A stretch of DNA of 64,000 nucleotides from the human T2T-CHM13v2.0 reference genome, Homo sapiens, in the NCBI RefSeq assembly GCF_009914755.1, contig NC_060931.1; one strand, written 5' to 3'. A program made the position numbers and the translations under genes. Below, one piece after another: positions 48,264-63,516 of the stretch (the first letter of the stretch is position 1; each line of letters begins with the position of its first letter). The notes under the pieces were generated by a model, which saw nothing but the letters and a program-made list of their open reading frames with translations, was not told the origin of the DNA and did not search any database.

Positions 48264-48932
48264 GGCCCATATTCCAAGACCCTTAGGAACAAGTGGTAAT
48301 TGTTTACTATCTAGACGGGACTCTCCTACTTGATAAAAGTCTCCTGCTCTATAGCTCCACAAACAGTAAATTTATTTGAAATCAATAAATGAATGATTAA
48401 GCACTGTGACTGGAGAGGGCCGAACAGGGTTCAATTTCCAGATGTTTCCCAGGCACTGATGATTCACTTCCTGGGGCCGGGCAAGTTCTGAGGCTCCTCA
48501 GGTTCTCCTCAAACAATTCAGGCTTCTTTAAGCCTCCAGCTTGCAACTATCTGACTCATTAAGTTGAAGTTGGCAGGAAAGTTATAAAGGTTGTACTTGA
48601 ATCACAGTCCTGAGATCTTGGGTTGAGATGCTTTTTATTTAGCTTGTGCATCACCAACTTGTAAAAAATATCTTGGTAAAAAAATTTAAAATAAAACTTT
48701 AAAGTTTGTGTTATGACAGATTAAACATTTAATGCCACATGGTGTGTATATCTCAATGGAAACACTGTTCTTGTGTGTTCAGTATCTGTGTGCATGTTAA
48801 TCTTCCTGTGAGATCATAAAGCTCTGTGAGGGAAAGGGTCCAATTGTCTCACCTTGAAAATTCCAAACCTAGCAAACGCCTGGTGGGAAATACGAACCCG
48901 CAGGCGTTTCTGAGTGAACGGAGGTTGTGCCA

Positions 48933-49172
48933 GGTCAAATGCTCACTGCTGGTCCCGTCCTGCTCTAAAATGTTCAGATGCGTAATGGGTTATTTTTGTT
49001 GGTATTTGGGTGGGTCGAATGCTCACTGCTGGTCCTGTCCTGCTCTAAAATGTTCAGATATGTAATGGGTTATTTTTGTTGGTATTTGGGTGGGTCAAAT
49101 GCTCACTGCTGGTCTCGTCCTGCTCTAAAATGTTCAGATATGTAATGGGTTATTTTTGTCGGTATTTGGGTG
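48933..49172. repeat. Tandem repeat, 80-bp unit x3
   Basis: GGTCAAATGCTCACTGCTGGTCCCGTCCTGCTCTAAAATGTTCAGATGCGTAATGGGTTATTTTTGTTGGTATTTGGGTG at 48933, 49013 and 49093. Confidence 0.93.
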
Positions 49173-50919
49173 GTATTTTTGCTCTATGACCTCCCATTTC
49201 TCTGACGTCTCTAGATTCCTTTGTTATTTGTGATTTCTGCTTCTGGTGGTGACAACAAAATCTGCCATTGCTGTGCAGCCGCCTCACCCATGGAGCAGGC
49301 TTATCCTCTACAACTATTCTACAGAAAAGACAAGCAAGGTCTGCGTGGAGTGAAAGCGCCTTCTTTCCATATCGGATGCTGGAAGCTGTGATGTTGGCAA
49401 ACGGCTCTTTGCATGAAGTACTGTGTACTGAACCAGGAAAGTGAGGTGCAGACGCGGAAGTCAGGTGCAGATGTGTTGGGCAGATGAGCTATGGTGATGG
49501 CGGGTGGCCATTCCCTATAAGAGAGTGGCTCCTCTATTATTAACAAAATAAAAATTAAAGAAGGTTTCCATTGAGTTTGCTAGTTCTTCACTAGCAATAT
49601 TCCCAGCTGGTTGACCTTCATTTGTTTTAGTTTGATTTCATCCAACACAGCTTTATCTTACCTGCTGCCCACACCCTACTCTTGAGAGCACGTATTCCTG
49701 GCAGGACCCCAACCCAGGAAACCCTCCCATGCCCCAGGTGCCGTCCCCTGACCAACCAGCCTCACTCTCAGAGACAAGGATGAAACGCATATGAATATCC
49801 ACTCTAATACGGTTCAGAGAAGGATGATCTGTTATCTGAAACTTTTACTGCAAAAGCTCTTTTAATCAAAACCTTCAGAAAATTTGAATTTTACTCCTTG
49901 CAAAGATTATTTGGTTAAAAAAAAAGGACACTCACAACAATTAACATATGACTGGGGATGTGTAAGAACAGCGAAGAGAACTGGACAGGCTGTGTCCTGG
50001 GAACAGCGCCCGGTGCACACACCCCTTTCCATCTTCCCTATTGGCACCTTCAGTCCCGGGAGGCGCTGCTGATGCTCATAGGAAGGGACTAAGGCCTTCA
50101 CAGTCTGTCAACAGGAGGGTCCCATGGGGCTCCATCACGGTCTCTGGGACCCCCCTTCCACTGCAGCAAAGTGGACAGGTGCACTGCATCAACATCTCAA
50201 CACCGGGTGAAAAGGGAAACGCCTTACTAAACGATGTTCCCGTGATCAGAATCACGGGCTAACGTCCCTCCGCTTCCGCAGTCTTCAGGCCTCAGGCACT
50301 GCCAGTGACATTAGCTGCTGTGCGTCCCTCCTGCCGGACTGCAACACCGTCTCAGGATCCACCTCCCACCATCTTCCCTGACCATGGCCCTGCTCCATCT
50401 GATTTGTTTGTCCTCTGATCAGGTGGGGCCTGAGTCCGGCAGTGGATGCCAGTGAGTCAGCCATGGTTGGCAGGGACTGGCTGGCTGCCCCCCTCTCTTC
50501 ATTGGCCCCGCCTGTCTGGCCTGGGCGCCCACTCACTCCTGCTGCACCTGCCACAACTGCCGGCTGATCCTGCTGCTCTGATGCCCCCTCACGTCTCCAG
50601 CCTGCGCCCCGCACTGCGTTCGCTGCCCATCTTCCTCCCAAGCTCACAGTCTAGCTCCAGGTGCCTGTTCTCCTTGTTCTGTGTCTGTTTCTGCACACCC
50701 TGCGGGGAGGCCAGGCTCACCCAAGAAAAGAGTCAAGGCTGCACCATGAAGCCTCTCGGGCTGGGCAGGGAGTCCAGGCCCTGGGAGCCCCCCAGAGCCC
50801 CCCACAGAATGTGCAGCTAGCCTCGCCAGACGCGGGCGATGGGGCCGAACCCCGCAGGACAACTTAGGAGGAGTGAAGAGTGGAAGAGTGCCCGGTGCAG
50901 GGATGGGTGGGAGGAACCT

Positions 50920-51108
50920 GGGGTAGTGTGCACGCCTGAGACAGGGTGGGGGACACGAAGGGAGACAGGCGAGGGTGGGACAGGCAAGGGTGGGTAGTGT
51001 GCATGCCTGAGACGGGGTGGGGGACACGGGGGGAGACAGGCGAGGGTGGGTAGTGTGCATGCCTGAGACGGGGTGGGGGACACAGGGAGACAGGCGAGGG
51101 TGGGGAGG
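50920..51108. repeat. G-rich tandem repeat, ~57-70 bp x3
   Basis: GGGTAGTGTGCATGCCTGAGACGGGGTGGGGGACAC...GGAGACAGGCGAGGGTGGG. Confidence 0.85.
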
Positions 51109-51596
51109 GAGACGCTGACTCCGTGGTGGAACGTGGGTAGGTGATAGGCTGGCTCCCTGAGCAGCCCCTCCCCTGTGGTGCAGAGCCGTGGGTCTAGGGG
51201 TGAGGGAGCCATCATCTCATCTCACGCCATGGAGACACAGGTGTGGCTTCTGTTCCTGTATCTCTAGTAAATGTTTCCTTCTGAGAAACTGGGTCTGTCA
51301 GCCTCTTTCTCAGGCCTCTTGGTTCCCTCAGACTTGGGGGTAGGTGTGCACAGGCCTGCCTGCCAGGGGACAGGAACCCCAGGGGAAATAAAGGTGATGC
51401 TCAAACCCAGACCACCGAATGCTCTGAACACACTTGCTTGCTTTCAGGTGGAAACATTCACACTGTCCCTGGGTACAGCAGACTTCATATCACAGAGACT
51501 TCCCTCTCCAGGACGTGAAGATGTCCATCACCGAGACGTCAGCACGGCAGGTGGGAGAAAGCCATGCACACAGTGAAGGGGACGGCCTCCATTGGC

Positions 51597-51722
51597 CCAC
51601 AGGGTGAGCTATCCAGTTCCAGGAGCCACCTGACCACAGGGTGAGCTGTCCAGTGCCAGGAACCACCTGACCACAGGGTGAGCCGTCCAGTGCCAGGAAC
51701 CACCGGACCCACGGGGTGAGCC
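51597..51722. repeat. Tandem repeat, 37-bp unit x ~3.4
   Basis: CCACAGGGTGAGCTGTCCAGTGCCAGGAACCACCTGA. Confidence 0.85.
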
Positions 51723-52690
51723 CTCTGGCTCGAGAAGTCCTCAGCGACATCTGGGGGTCCTGTGCATGCACCATGTTGACTGTACCCGTGTGCAGCTTGC
51801 ACAGAGTCCCCAGCAGCTCTGGGGAGGGCTCCGTGTTCAATATGTGATGAGCTTTCGGGAAGGACAGGAGAGCCGGGTGTGAGAAGCCTCCTTCCTAGGG
51901 CCTGTGTCTCTGGAGTGCACGAGGCAGATGGATGGAGACGTGGGAGCAGGGGCTGGCAGCACTCCCCGAGCACAGTGGGAACTCAGGAGCAGGGGCTGGC
52001 GGCACTCCCCGGGCACAGAGGGAACGGCCTGGGTGGCATGGAGAGTGTCCTCCCAGGATACAGCGGAGTGCCCGTCACCACCTGCCCACCTTCTTCACAC
52101 CATGAGGCTGCTGGCACGGGTGCCTTTGCTGCCGGCTGCTGTCTGTGCTGCCCTGCAACCTGGATCCACATGGCTGGAGGTCCGGTGTCCCTAAAGACTT
52201 CTATGACATCCTGACACTGCCCTGCTTGGACACTCTCTGGACAGGAGACACCTCACCCCTCACAGACATCTCATTTTTTCAGAGCTGCATCATCAGAGCA
52301 GTTGGGGGACAGGAGGGCCAAGTCTGAGGACTCAGACCCGGGGCAGCTGGTGGAAGCTGGGGTTAAGAGTGGAATACATGGCCAAAGGATCCCTCCTGAG
52401 GGTGAGGGCGACCGAGAAAGGAATGAGGGCATAAGAGCGGTGCTGGAGAAATGTAAGCAAATCCGCATTTCGAAGCAGAAATCGCTGGTTTAAATATTCT
52501 CTCCTTTCCCTCACCATGGAATGCACAAACGCTTGAAGATGCATGTGTGTTAGAGTCTCTTCCACAGAACTCTCTGGAAAGGCCGTTCCAAGAGCTTCAG
52601 GTGTTCAGGTTCGTATCTGAGGCTGCAACAGGCAGAGCCACTTCCAGTTTCCTGACTAAAAAGTGAAAGTTCCAGAAGCATTCCTAGATC

Positions 52691-53237
52691 TGTGGTGTGT
52701 GTGGTGCATGTGTGCTGTGTGGTGTGTGTAGTCTCTGTATGTGTGTCCATGTGGGTGGTGCCTGTGTACTGTGTGTGCTGTGTGGTGTGTGTGGTACATG
52801 TGTGCTGTGTGGTGTGTGTAGTCTCTGCATGTGTGTCCATGTGGGTGGTGCCTGTGTACTGTGTGTGCTGTGTGGTGTGTGTAATCTCTGCATGTGTGTC
52901 TATGTGGGTGGTACCCGTGTACTGTGTGTGTGCTGTGTGGTGTGTGTGGTGCACGTGTGCTGTGTGGTGTGTGTAGTCTCTGCATGTGTGTCTATGTGGG
53001 TGGTGCCTGTGTACTGTGTGTGCTGTGTGGTGTGTGTGTGGTGCACGTGTGCTGTGTGGTGTGTGTAGTCTCTGCATGTGTGTCTATGTGGGTGGTGCCT
53101 GTGTACTGTGTGTGGTGTGTGTGTGTGGTGCACGTGTGCTGTGTGGTGTGTGTAGTCTCTGCATGTGTGTCTATGTGGGTGGTGCCTGTGTACTGTGTGT
53201 GGTGTGTGTGTGTGGTGTGGGTTGTGGTGCCTGTGTG
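52691..53237. repeat. TG-rich compound minisatellite (~90-bp unit built on TG microsatellite)
   Basis: Recurrent GTGTGTAGTCTCTGCATGTGTGTCTATGTGGGTGGTGCCTGTGTACTGTGTGTG. Confidence 0.93.
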
Positions 53238-56189
53238 AGAGGAGTGGTCTCAGCCGGGGTGATATTAAGGCCTGCAGTACAGCTCCAGACCCCAGAGCGA
53301 GGCCCCGCCTCCCTGCCGAGCCCCAGAAACCCCCTTTTCAGGGGTGGAAGTCGGGGTGGCCTCTCCCATGCAGTTGAGTGTCCTGGGAGGGAAAGCACAG
53401 AAGTTCTTTCTGGTATCTTTAGAACCAAATCAGGTGAGGTGTTTAAGTATCTCATATGTTTTTTGGTCATCATTTCTATTTACTCCTGCAAAATTATTTT
53501 TTAAGATAAATTAAAAGAATAATAAACCGAAATACTAGACTTAAAATTTAAAAATTTAGAAATTGCTGGCAATCTTTTTGTTTTTACAAAATGCCACTTC
53601 CTAGTTTGTTTCTGGGTAGTGTGGGAGTGAAGCGGGTGGGGTGGAGGGTGCTGGGCCAGTGTGCCTCTCACCGTCCCCAAGGAGCCCCCTGGAGATGCAG
53701 TCCAGAAAGACGGATCCACCGGCCATCCCAGGTACCAGGAGCAGCACACACGAATGCTGGATTTGTGCCTCACACTAAAAAGCAGCTTGGTGTAGCTGCG
53801 AATTTTCTATCCAGGCACATCTCTTCACTGCTGATTAAGCTACCTCTTTTTGCCAAACATACTCTATATTTGTGCTGGATCACAGGTAATTTGGTGGAGA
53901 AAAGCAATTCCAAGGAACACAGGGGAGGGTACCATCATGTTTGTGATGCATGGAATTCCTTGCAGCTGGGAGACCTATCTAGAATGCTGAGCCGGGCTCA
54001 CATCCCCCTGGGTGGGAGATATTTCTAGGTCTCATCAGCAGCCAGGGGAGGGCTTACCAGTAATTTTTAAGCCATTTCAACTTCTCTGAAGGCAAAACCT
54101 GGGAAAGCACCGCAGGCCCATCACAGATCCCCTGAGAGAAGCAACTCCTCAATTCTGCACCTGCGTCTGCTTCCAGACAGCACACAGCAGGAGGGTTATC
54201 CAAGCATTTGAAGAAATGCTCTCCAGGATCAACTCTCTTCTTCAGACAACTCCCAACCATTGTGGTTTTAAGTGGCAGGGCACAGCTCAGAAGAGAAAGA
54301 CAAAGAGGGCAAGGCGGCACCGCAGCTCAGCCCCACAGGGTGCTAGGGCGGACACCCTGCGGGGTTTGCCTGGGCTCTGCATTCCCATCCCTTCATTAGC
54401 CCAGGGGTGTGGAACAGTTTGCACCCAGCTCTGGGTCTTAATACGTGGAGGTCAGGAGAGTCTCAAATAGTGCATCTGAGAAAACCCCCAAATTGGTGTG
54501 ATTTCCAATAATACGTAGCCTTTGCATATTTCTAAAGAGAGTCAGAGGTTGGAAGGAACCCAGGAGACCAAGGGAGAAACCCGCACATTCTGACAGGTGC
54601 GTTTTCTCATCAGGATGTCAGCTGCTGGGACACTGCCCCAGGCCATTCGTGTGCTGCTGAAACTAGGATGTGTTTCTCTTGTGTTTGGATGAGACTTTAT
54701 TCTTCCTACGTGCTGGCATTTAGTACACTGTTGTTTATGGCTGTTTGATGAGAAAAGCCTAGGGACGGCTGGTTTAAGGTAAGAACATTCACAGTGTGTT
54801 ATCTGCATGCCCAGGGCTGTGAGGGAGCAGAAGACACAGGGTTGGCTCCCTGACGTGTTGGAGACAGCAAGAGACGTGGAGCACATCTGGAGGGGGAGGC
54901 TGGGCTGCTGCTGTAGCCATGATCGCTCCGGTCCACATCTGGGTTCATTTGGTGTGTGGACACAGGTGTCTACCGAGAGGGTTTTACCTAAGTTAGGCTA
55001 AACAAGGCTGCGAGCCAGTCCCAGTCTGTGACTCTACCAGAAGAGGCTGGGTCCCTGGCTGAAGAAATGCTGAAAAATCCTCAGACACAAATGAATCTGT
55101 TCGACTCAATGTGCACTCAACAATTGACTGGCTATCCCTAGCCCTCTTTGGGTCTACCAGTTGCTATTTCTTGCGTGGGCATCAGCCTGCACACAGCGAA
55201 CAAAAGCAGCTGGTTCAGAGCTGCCAGTGCTCCCCAGGGGAAGGACTGACAGAGTGATGCCAAGACAGGGCTGCCCTCCTCCCTAGGGAATGTCCAATCC
55301 ATGCATGGCCACCAGAATCAAGGGCCCACAGAGGAATCAAGTTTCAGGGGTCATGGTGGGAACCTCACTTTCCCAGAGGATAAACTGTTACACAGAAGGC
55401 CTGACTGCTTTTGGTTTCTTAGCCTGTGAGTTGGAATTCATTTGTGTGACTAATTCATGTTTGGAATTTACAAAAAGAAGTTGTTTCAATTGCCACCAAG
55501 TAAAGGGTTCATTTAAATCTGCAACCTTGCTAGAATGCCTGGCTCATGCCACTATGAAAACCTGCATCTGAGCCCATTCTATTTTGAATGGTGGACACCT
55601 AGAGAGTAAGAAGGAAAAGGGAAGGAAAGGTCCTACCCAACATCAGAACCACATGAGCGAATGGCCACTTGGGAAATGGAAATACGTTTGACCTCCATGG
55701 CTCAGAGAGGTTCAGAAGGGTTAATAAACAGCTCGAGCACTTGCACCTGAGAGCCCATTGTTACTCTAGAGCAGGGGACAAGAGTCACCCAAGGTGACTA
55801 TAAGTCCCCACAAATTCATCTGATGTGCACTTCCCAGAATCTGCAGCACCCTGTACCAACCCCCATCCCCTCTCCACAGCAACAGCGCATCCTAACTGTG
55901 AGCTTAGGAGACACATATTTTTGGCATCTAGGACTTAAGTATTAATCCCTGGGGGGGTGAATTCCATAAATTAAGGAGGGGTACAGTAAGAGGATGAGAT
56001 GTTTAAAGAGAAGCATATCCATGGAATCAAAATGCGATCAGAGTATTATGGCCAAATAATCCCTAAGGAAAACACTGATGGTACACACGACAGATACAAG
56101 ATTCAAAATAAATCATCGATTAATACTTTTAAATAGTATTATTGTATTCTTTTTATTTATATATTACTATTAATAATTATTATTTGATG

Positions 56190-58969
56190 GTACAAAGTGA
56201 AAAGGATTATAAGTGAGTGTGATAAGCATTTGCACACCTACAAACAGGATAACACAAGAAATGGGAAAATTCCTAGAAATACGCAACCTACTGAGACTGA
56301 GTCATGAAGAACTAGAAAACCGACCCCACCAGGAGTGAGTAAGGAGACTGAAACCGTAGTCAAAAACCTCCCAAAGAAAATCCTGCAGTCGCTGGTTTGA
56401 TGGATAAATTTTACCAAACATTTAAAGAAGGATTAGCACCACTCCTCCTCAAACTTTTCCAAAATATTGAAGAGGAAACAATTTCTAACTAATCCTGTGA
56501 GTCCAGCATTACTCTGACACGAAAGCCAGACAGACACTACAAGCAAACAAAACTAAGAACCAATATCCCTTATAAATACTGATGCAAAAAATCTTCGACA
56601 AAATACTAGTAGACAAAATTCAGAAGTTCAGAAGCATATTAAAACGATTGCTGTACCATGACCAAGTGGGATGTATTCCTAGAATGCAAGAATGGTTCAA
56701 CACATAAAAAATAATAAACGCAATACACCCCACTAACAGAATGAAGGAAAGGACCCATATCATCATCTCAACTGATCCAGAAAAAGCATCTGACAAAATT
56801 CAACCCTCTTTCATGATAAAAACGCTCAACGAACTAGGAGTAACAGAAAATCACCTCAACATAATAAAGGCCATATATGAAAAATCTGCAGCTAATGTAA
56901 CACTCCAGGGTAAAAGATGGAAGGCTTTTCCTTTAAGACTAGGAACAATATGAGGAGGCCTGCTTTCACCACTGTTATTCAAGACAGTATTGGAGGTGCC
57001 AGCCACAGGAATTAGGCAAGAAAAATAAGTAAAAGTCACCTAAATGAGAAAAGAAGACATAAAATTGTTTCTGTTCACTTATGATATGATCCTATAGGTA
57101 GAAAATCATAAAGATTTTACACAAGAGATCTGTTAGAACTTAATAGAATTTATTAACAAATTTAGTAAAGTTGCAGGGTATAAAATCAATATACAGAAAT
57201 CATTTGTACTTCTATACACTAAAATAAACAATGCCAAAAGGACATTTAAAAAGCAATTCCATGTACAATAGCATCGAAAGAATAAAATATTTAGGGTAGG
57301 CTTAACTAAGGAGGTGAAGGACATGTACACTGAAAACTACAAAGTGTTGTTAAATGAAAGAAGACACAAATAAGTGGAAAGACATCCCATCTTCACGTAT
57401 TATAAGGCTCATTATTGTTAGCTTTTAATACTACCCAAAGTGATCTACAGATTCAACATAATCTCTACCAAAAATATTGATATTTTTTCAGAGATAGAAC
57501 AACCCATCCAAAAATTTATATGGAATCTCATGGGAACCCAAACAACCAAAGCAGTCTTAAAGAAAACTGGAAGACTTGCTGATTTAAACTTACAACAAAG
57601 CTATAGTAATCAAAACAGCATGGTCCTGGCAGAAAGGCAGACATATAGACCAATGGACTATAAAACGGAGCCCAGAAGTAAACCCTTTTGTGTACAAATG
57701 CTTTTTGACAATTGTGCCAAGACCATTCAATGAGGAAAAGAATAGGCTTTTCAACAAATGGTTCTCAGACAACTTGCAAAAGAATAAAGCTGGACCTGTA
57801 ACTTACATCATATACAAAACTTAAAACTGATCAAATATCTGAATTTACAAGATGAAACTATAAAGCTCTAGGAAGACTTAGGGGGAAGCTTCATGACACT
57901 GGATTTGGCACTGATTTCTCAGTATGACACTAAAGGCACAGGCAACAAAGAAAAATAAACAAATTGCACTTTATTGCACTTTATCAAAATTAAAACCTTC
58001 TGTGTATTAAAAAACATTATCTAAACAGTTAAAAAGTAACCCAAAGAATGAGAGAAAACGTTTGAAAATTACATATCTGATTAGGAGTATCTAGAACATA
58101 TGTAAGACTCCTACACCCAACAACAAAGAAGCAAGGATTGGAATAGACATTTCTCCAAAGACGACGTGCAGATGGAGAGTGAGCCCATGGTGAGCTGTTC
58201 AACATCACCAGCCATTAGGCAAAAGCAAACAGGAGCCATGAGATGCCACTTCACACTCCTCAGGACGGCCATCCTCAGAAAACCAGAAAACAAGGGCTCA
58301 TGAGGGTGTAAAGAGACTGAAACTCGTGTGTACTCCTAGTGGGAATGTAAAATGGTTCAGCCACACTGGGAAATAGCTTGAGAATTCCTCAAAAAATTAA
58401 ACATAGAATTACCATTTGACCCCACAATTCCACGTGAGGTAAACACTCAAGTAATGCAAAAGCAGGAACTTGAATGGATATTTCTACACTGACATGTATA
58501 GCAGCACTATTCCCAACAGCCAGAAGGTGGAAGCAAGCTGAGTGCCCATCAGGGGAAGAACAGATAAAAAACATGTGGTCTATACACGGCGGGGTATTAT
58601 TCAGCCCTAAAAGTGAAGGACATTCATCCAAGCTACAACACGGGTAAACCTTGAGGATATTATGTTAAGGGAAATGAGTTGTATATATAAGAGGACAAAT
58701 ATTATGATCCCACTTCTCTGAGGTCCCTAGGGTCATCAGATCCATAAAGACAGAAAGTGGAACGGTGGGTACCAGGGGCCGGGGGAGGGGTTGAGGAGTT
58801 CTTGTTTAGTGAATACAGAGTTTCAGTTTGAGAAAATGAACAAGTTTTGGAGATGGATGGTGGAGATGGTTGCATGACACTGTGAATGTACTTAATGCCA
58901 CTGAATTGTACAGGTGAAAATAGTTAAAATGGTAAATTTTACTTTATGTATATTTTACCATAACAAAAA
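56190..58969 (+). mobile_element. L1MB-type LINE, 5'-truncated (ORF2 RT remnant plus 3' UTR)
   Basis: RT remnant HIIISTDPEKASDKIQPSFMIKTLNELG...KAFPLRLGT (56741..56953) and IYRFNIIS...IQKFIWN (57440..57733); 3' UTR GGAGATGGATGGTGGAGATGGTTGCATGAC...TATATTTTACCATAACAAAAA; frameshifts and stops. Confidence 0.9.
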
Positions 58970-59332
58970 CATCATTGCAAAAGAAGCATGGGAAGAATCA
59001 TAATCAGGTGCTGTTTTAAACTGTAAATCAATAAAACCTTTCTGAAAAAGGAGTTGGGTGGCACATGTCAAGAACAGATAAAATATAGATACATTTTAAC
59101 CATCTAATTTCAATTTTAAAAATACATCTTTAATTCTTTCCATTTAAAAAATGTGCAGTAAACATTAGATATAGAAATAAAAGCTCTAAGAATAGGGAAA
59201 TAGCTAAGTAAATATATTTTCATGGATGAAAAATTATTCATCCGTTAAAATGATATTACAAATGTTGAAAAGACCAAGATATTTTTATGATACAATGATA
59301 AATGAAAAACAAAAACAAAAACAAAAAAACAT

Positions 59333-59742
<410 letters not shown>

Positions 59743-59857
59743 TCACAGTAGTTATAGTTTATTAGAGAGATTATGAAGAAATATTTTTCTTTCCTCTTTT
59801 GATTTTTTCCAAAAATTTCACAATGGCACACAATATAGATATTAAGAATTATTATAA

Positions 59858-60295
<438 letters not shown>

Positions 60296-62472
60296 TCAGT
60301 TTCCTGATTTGTAAAATGAAATTTTCAGGTGACTGCCTTTCAGCACTCACACTCGAAGGCACTTAGTAAATTCGGCACTCATATTCTAAGGCACTAACCA
60401 CATGTGTCTACTTATGGGAGCCCGAACATGAGCCTCTGTCAGGTTTATGGAGGATGAGTTCCAGTGGGAAAGAGGCTTCCTGAGTCACAGTGAGCCCAGG
60501 AGACCCGGCGGCGGCCGCACCGGGACCCGGGGTGTGTGGAGACCCGGCGGCCACACCTGGACCCGGGGTGTGTGGGAGGCTCTGGAAGAGCCACTCTGTG
60601 TCCCACCCTCTCACTTTCCCTCCTGCTGAAGAGGCCTCAGTGCCCGGCGGGTGCACACAAGCGGCGCAGTCCCTACTCTGGCGGGAAACACAGGATGTGA
60701 AAGTATTTTATGAAACAGTTTCAGTGAAGAAGAAAGTGGGTCATTTTCTAATTTGAAAAATCCAGAGTCTTCTATTTTTCTTTGAAATTTAAGGAGAAGC
60801 AAAGTGCTTTTAAAATGTTTGCGTATTAGCATAAACGACTACAAATATTTGTGTGTTTCCTGGTCGATGAAAACACGCCGCTGCCAGCAGGATGAGATCC
60901 GAATGTGAATGGCCACACTTCAGCAGGAGTGTTATTCCCCCAGCGGGAGCGTTATTCCCCCAGCGGGAGCGTTATTCCCCTTCCCGTTTCCTGTTCCTTG
61001 GTGTTGACTTTAATGCATATGTTCAGATACACAGAGGAATAGAATTGTCAAACTCGGTCACCAGCAGGTCTCTCATTATTAGAGGACACCCTGATCCAGG
61101 ACTGCAGACCAAGGGTGCTTAGTTTTTACACTATTTAATACACAGATTATTTTCATCAATGTTAAGACTACAGCTTCCTGAAGTCAGACCCCAGGCCTTT
61201 TATTGGTACCTACACACCCGGGGTCAGGTGCAGCCTGCACATGGCAGGTACTTGAGGAACACCTGTGGACAAGCTGGAAGAGTCCGGTGGGAAGGGTTTT
61301 CAGTGACAAGCATAGGAAGGGTTCGTGACACCTGTTCCTATTACAGACATGGGGAGGTTCAAAGTGAACCAGTCAGGAATAATCTCAGCCTCACCCCAGA
61401 AGGAATTTACAAATGAGGACCATATATGGCATGGACTAGAGGGTCATATCAACCCACAGACTGTGGCATTCTTGGTTCCATTCCCCACTATTTGGATAAC
61501 CTTGAGCAAGGTAGTCTTTGAGCCCTGAAATGGTGAGGAACATGCCCTTAGCCATGGGATGCTGGCAGGTCATTGATACTGTCCTATCTATGAACGGGGT
61601 TTTCCTGTCTTTAAATGGGGTGATGAGGCCACCTCGCAAGGCAGCATGCAGAGAAGCAAGTCCACACGGCAGACACTCAGCCAGCGCAGCGCCCAGCACA
61701 GACGTGCTCAGCAGATGCACACTCTCAGCTCTGACAGCCACGGTGCAAGTCAGATGCAAGCCTGCAGGCTGAGCCGGGCAGTCTCCCGGCCTCAGGTGGA
61801 CCTGCAGTCAGAGACAGTCCCTCCCTTCTGCGGCATCCTTTCCTTCCTGTGTGCACGCTGTAGAATAGCGGGCTGGGGGTGTTTAAGACCAGAAGCAGAA
61901 AACTGACAACTTTGTTGCCTGGAAAAAATAAGGTGGACAATACTGGAACTAATGGCAGAAACAAGGTTTTGGAGCAATCTACAATTTATTGAAAGCAGCC
62001 CTGAGTCCCAGGACTAAAATAACTAAGAATTGGTTTGGTTTTATTATTTCTTGTTAAGCACCATGTCTGAGGTTAAGACCCAGTTCTTAAAAGTAATCAC
62101 ATAGATACGTGTTACACACATCAGTTCAGTTGCTAACCAGCCCATCAGCTTGGATGTAATTACTTCACACGTTCTCTGAGAATGTGTTCCACACATAAAG
62201 AATTTCCATAATGGCCAGGCAGCCTTGAGTGGAAACAGGCCACAGTTCGGGCCTGGGAGAGAAGTCTGCAGGGGGGAGATCTGTGGTCATGCCCTCACCC
62301 CATCCCCAGGGCAGACGATGCCGCTTCTCAGTGAGGTCCCCTTGGCTTCCTGTCACAGCACCTCGGTGCTAGTCCACCCGGGAGATGCCAGAACAGGGCT
62401 AACTCGTTCATCTTTCCAGTCCAATGGCCGGGGTTGCTACATTTCTCAAACTTAATTTCTATCATTAAATCC

Positions 62473-62594
62473 TTTTGTTTTGTTTTATTTTTGGACAGAC
62501 GAGTTCTCCCTATGTTGCTCAGGCTGGTCTCAAACTCCTGGCCTTGGCCTCCCAAAGTGCTGGGATTTATAGGTATGAGCCACTGCACCCAGTC
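62473..62594 (-). mobile_element. Alu left monomer (FLAM-like) with internal deletion
   Basis: CTATGTTGCTCAGGCTGGTCTCAAACTCCTGGCCTTGGCCTCCCAAAGTGCTGGGAT; flanked by TSD-like CATTAAATCCT / CATTAAGTCCT. Confidence 0.85.
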
Positions 62595-63516
62595 ATTAAG
62601 TCCTAATTACATGTTATTTGCCCTGTTCAAGTTCAAGCAGTATTTTTTTTAATAAAGATTATTCCCAATAGATCTTAGTCTTCATCTGTAAGAGGCTGTT
62701 GAGGGCACGACCACCTCGCAGTGACCTCCCTCTGTGTGGGACCCCCGTTCCCACTGGCACACCATGGGGACAGCTGGGTGGGGTAGTGTTGAGTTCTGGT
62801 CCTGGTCCCACCGACCTGGGCTGGAGCTCCCAGATGCTCCACACACCCACGTCTACAGAAACACTAGGCCAGACTGGGGTCCGCCCCACACGCACAGAGG
62901 ATCACTGGGGGCGATGTAGAGATGTGGAAGCTGGACCCCACCCCCCAGGCTAATTCATCAGCAAGATGTTGGCAACTGCTGGGCTGGATGGTTATTAGCA
63001 TATTAGGATGACATTTGACCCTAACATTCCAGTTTTGTGCTACCAAAAAAAAAAAAATCACCTGAATGAGTCAAGACAGTTAAACTTGAGGGTGATTTGG
63101 GAATGAGGGGAATTCATCCATTTGAGGTTAAATGTTTGCCAATCTAATTTGGTCAAAACAGTTCATCCACAACCCCGTGCAGGCCACAACACAGGAGCAG
63201 GTGCAGCAGGGCCCTTGAGTCTGTCTCACGCCATTAACACCCTGTGATGGCCTTACTTGGCGTGTGGAGCTGTGACCACCAGGGCCAACCTGAGGCAGCA
63301 TCATGGACTTGACCGACTCACCTCAGAGCTTGGCACTGGGTGCTCTGATTCCCTTCCTCAAGCTTCCCACTTGAAGGTTGGTGTGAAACCCCACCCCACT
63401 CAACCCTGGCTGATCCCCATGGCCTGTTCTTTCGACGATCCTCCTCTTGCCCCAATTTCTCCACCGCACAGACTCGCCAGGGCTTTGGTTTGTGAGTGCC
63501 CTGCACTCTGTCAGTT

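Noticed and set aside
52550-53504. His/Thr- and Cys/Val-rich ORFs
   Set aside because: Translations of a TG/CA compound repeat
56741-57733. Reverse-transcriptase-like peptides as a functional gene
   Set aside because: Fragments of a decayed L1MB ORF2 with stops and frameshifts
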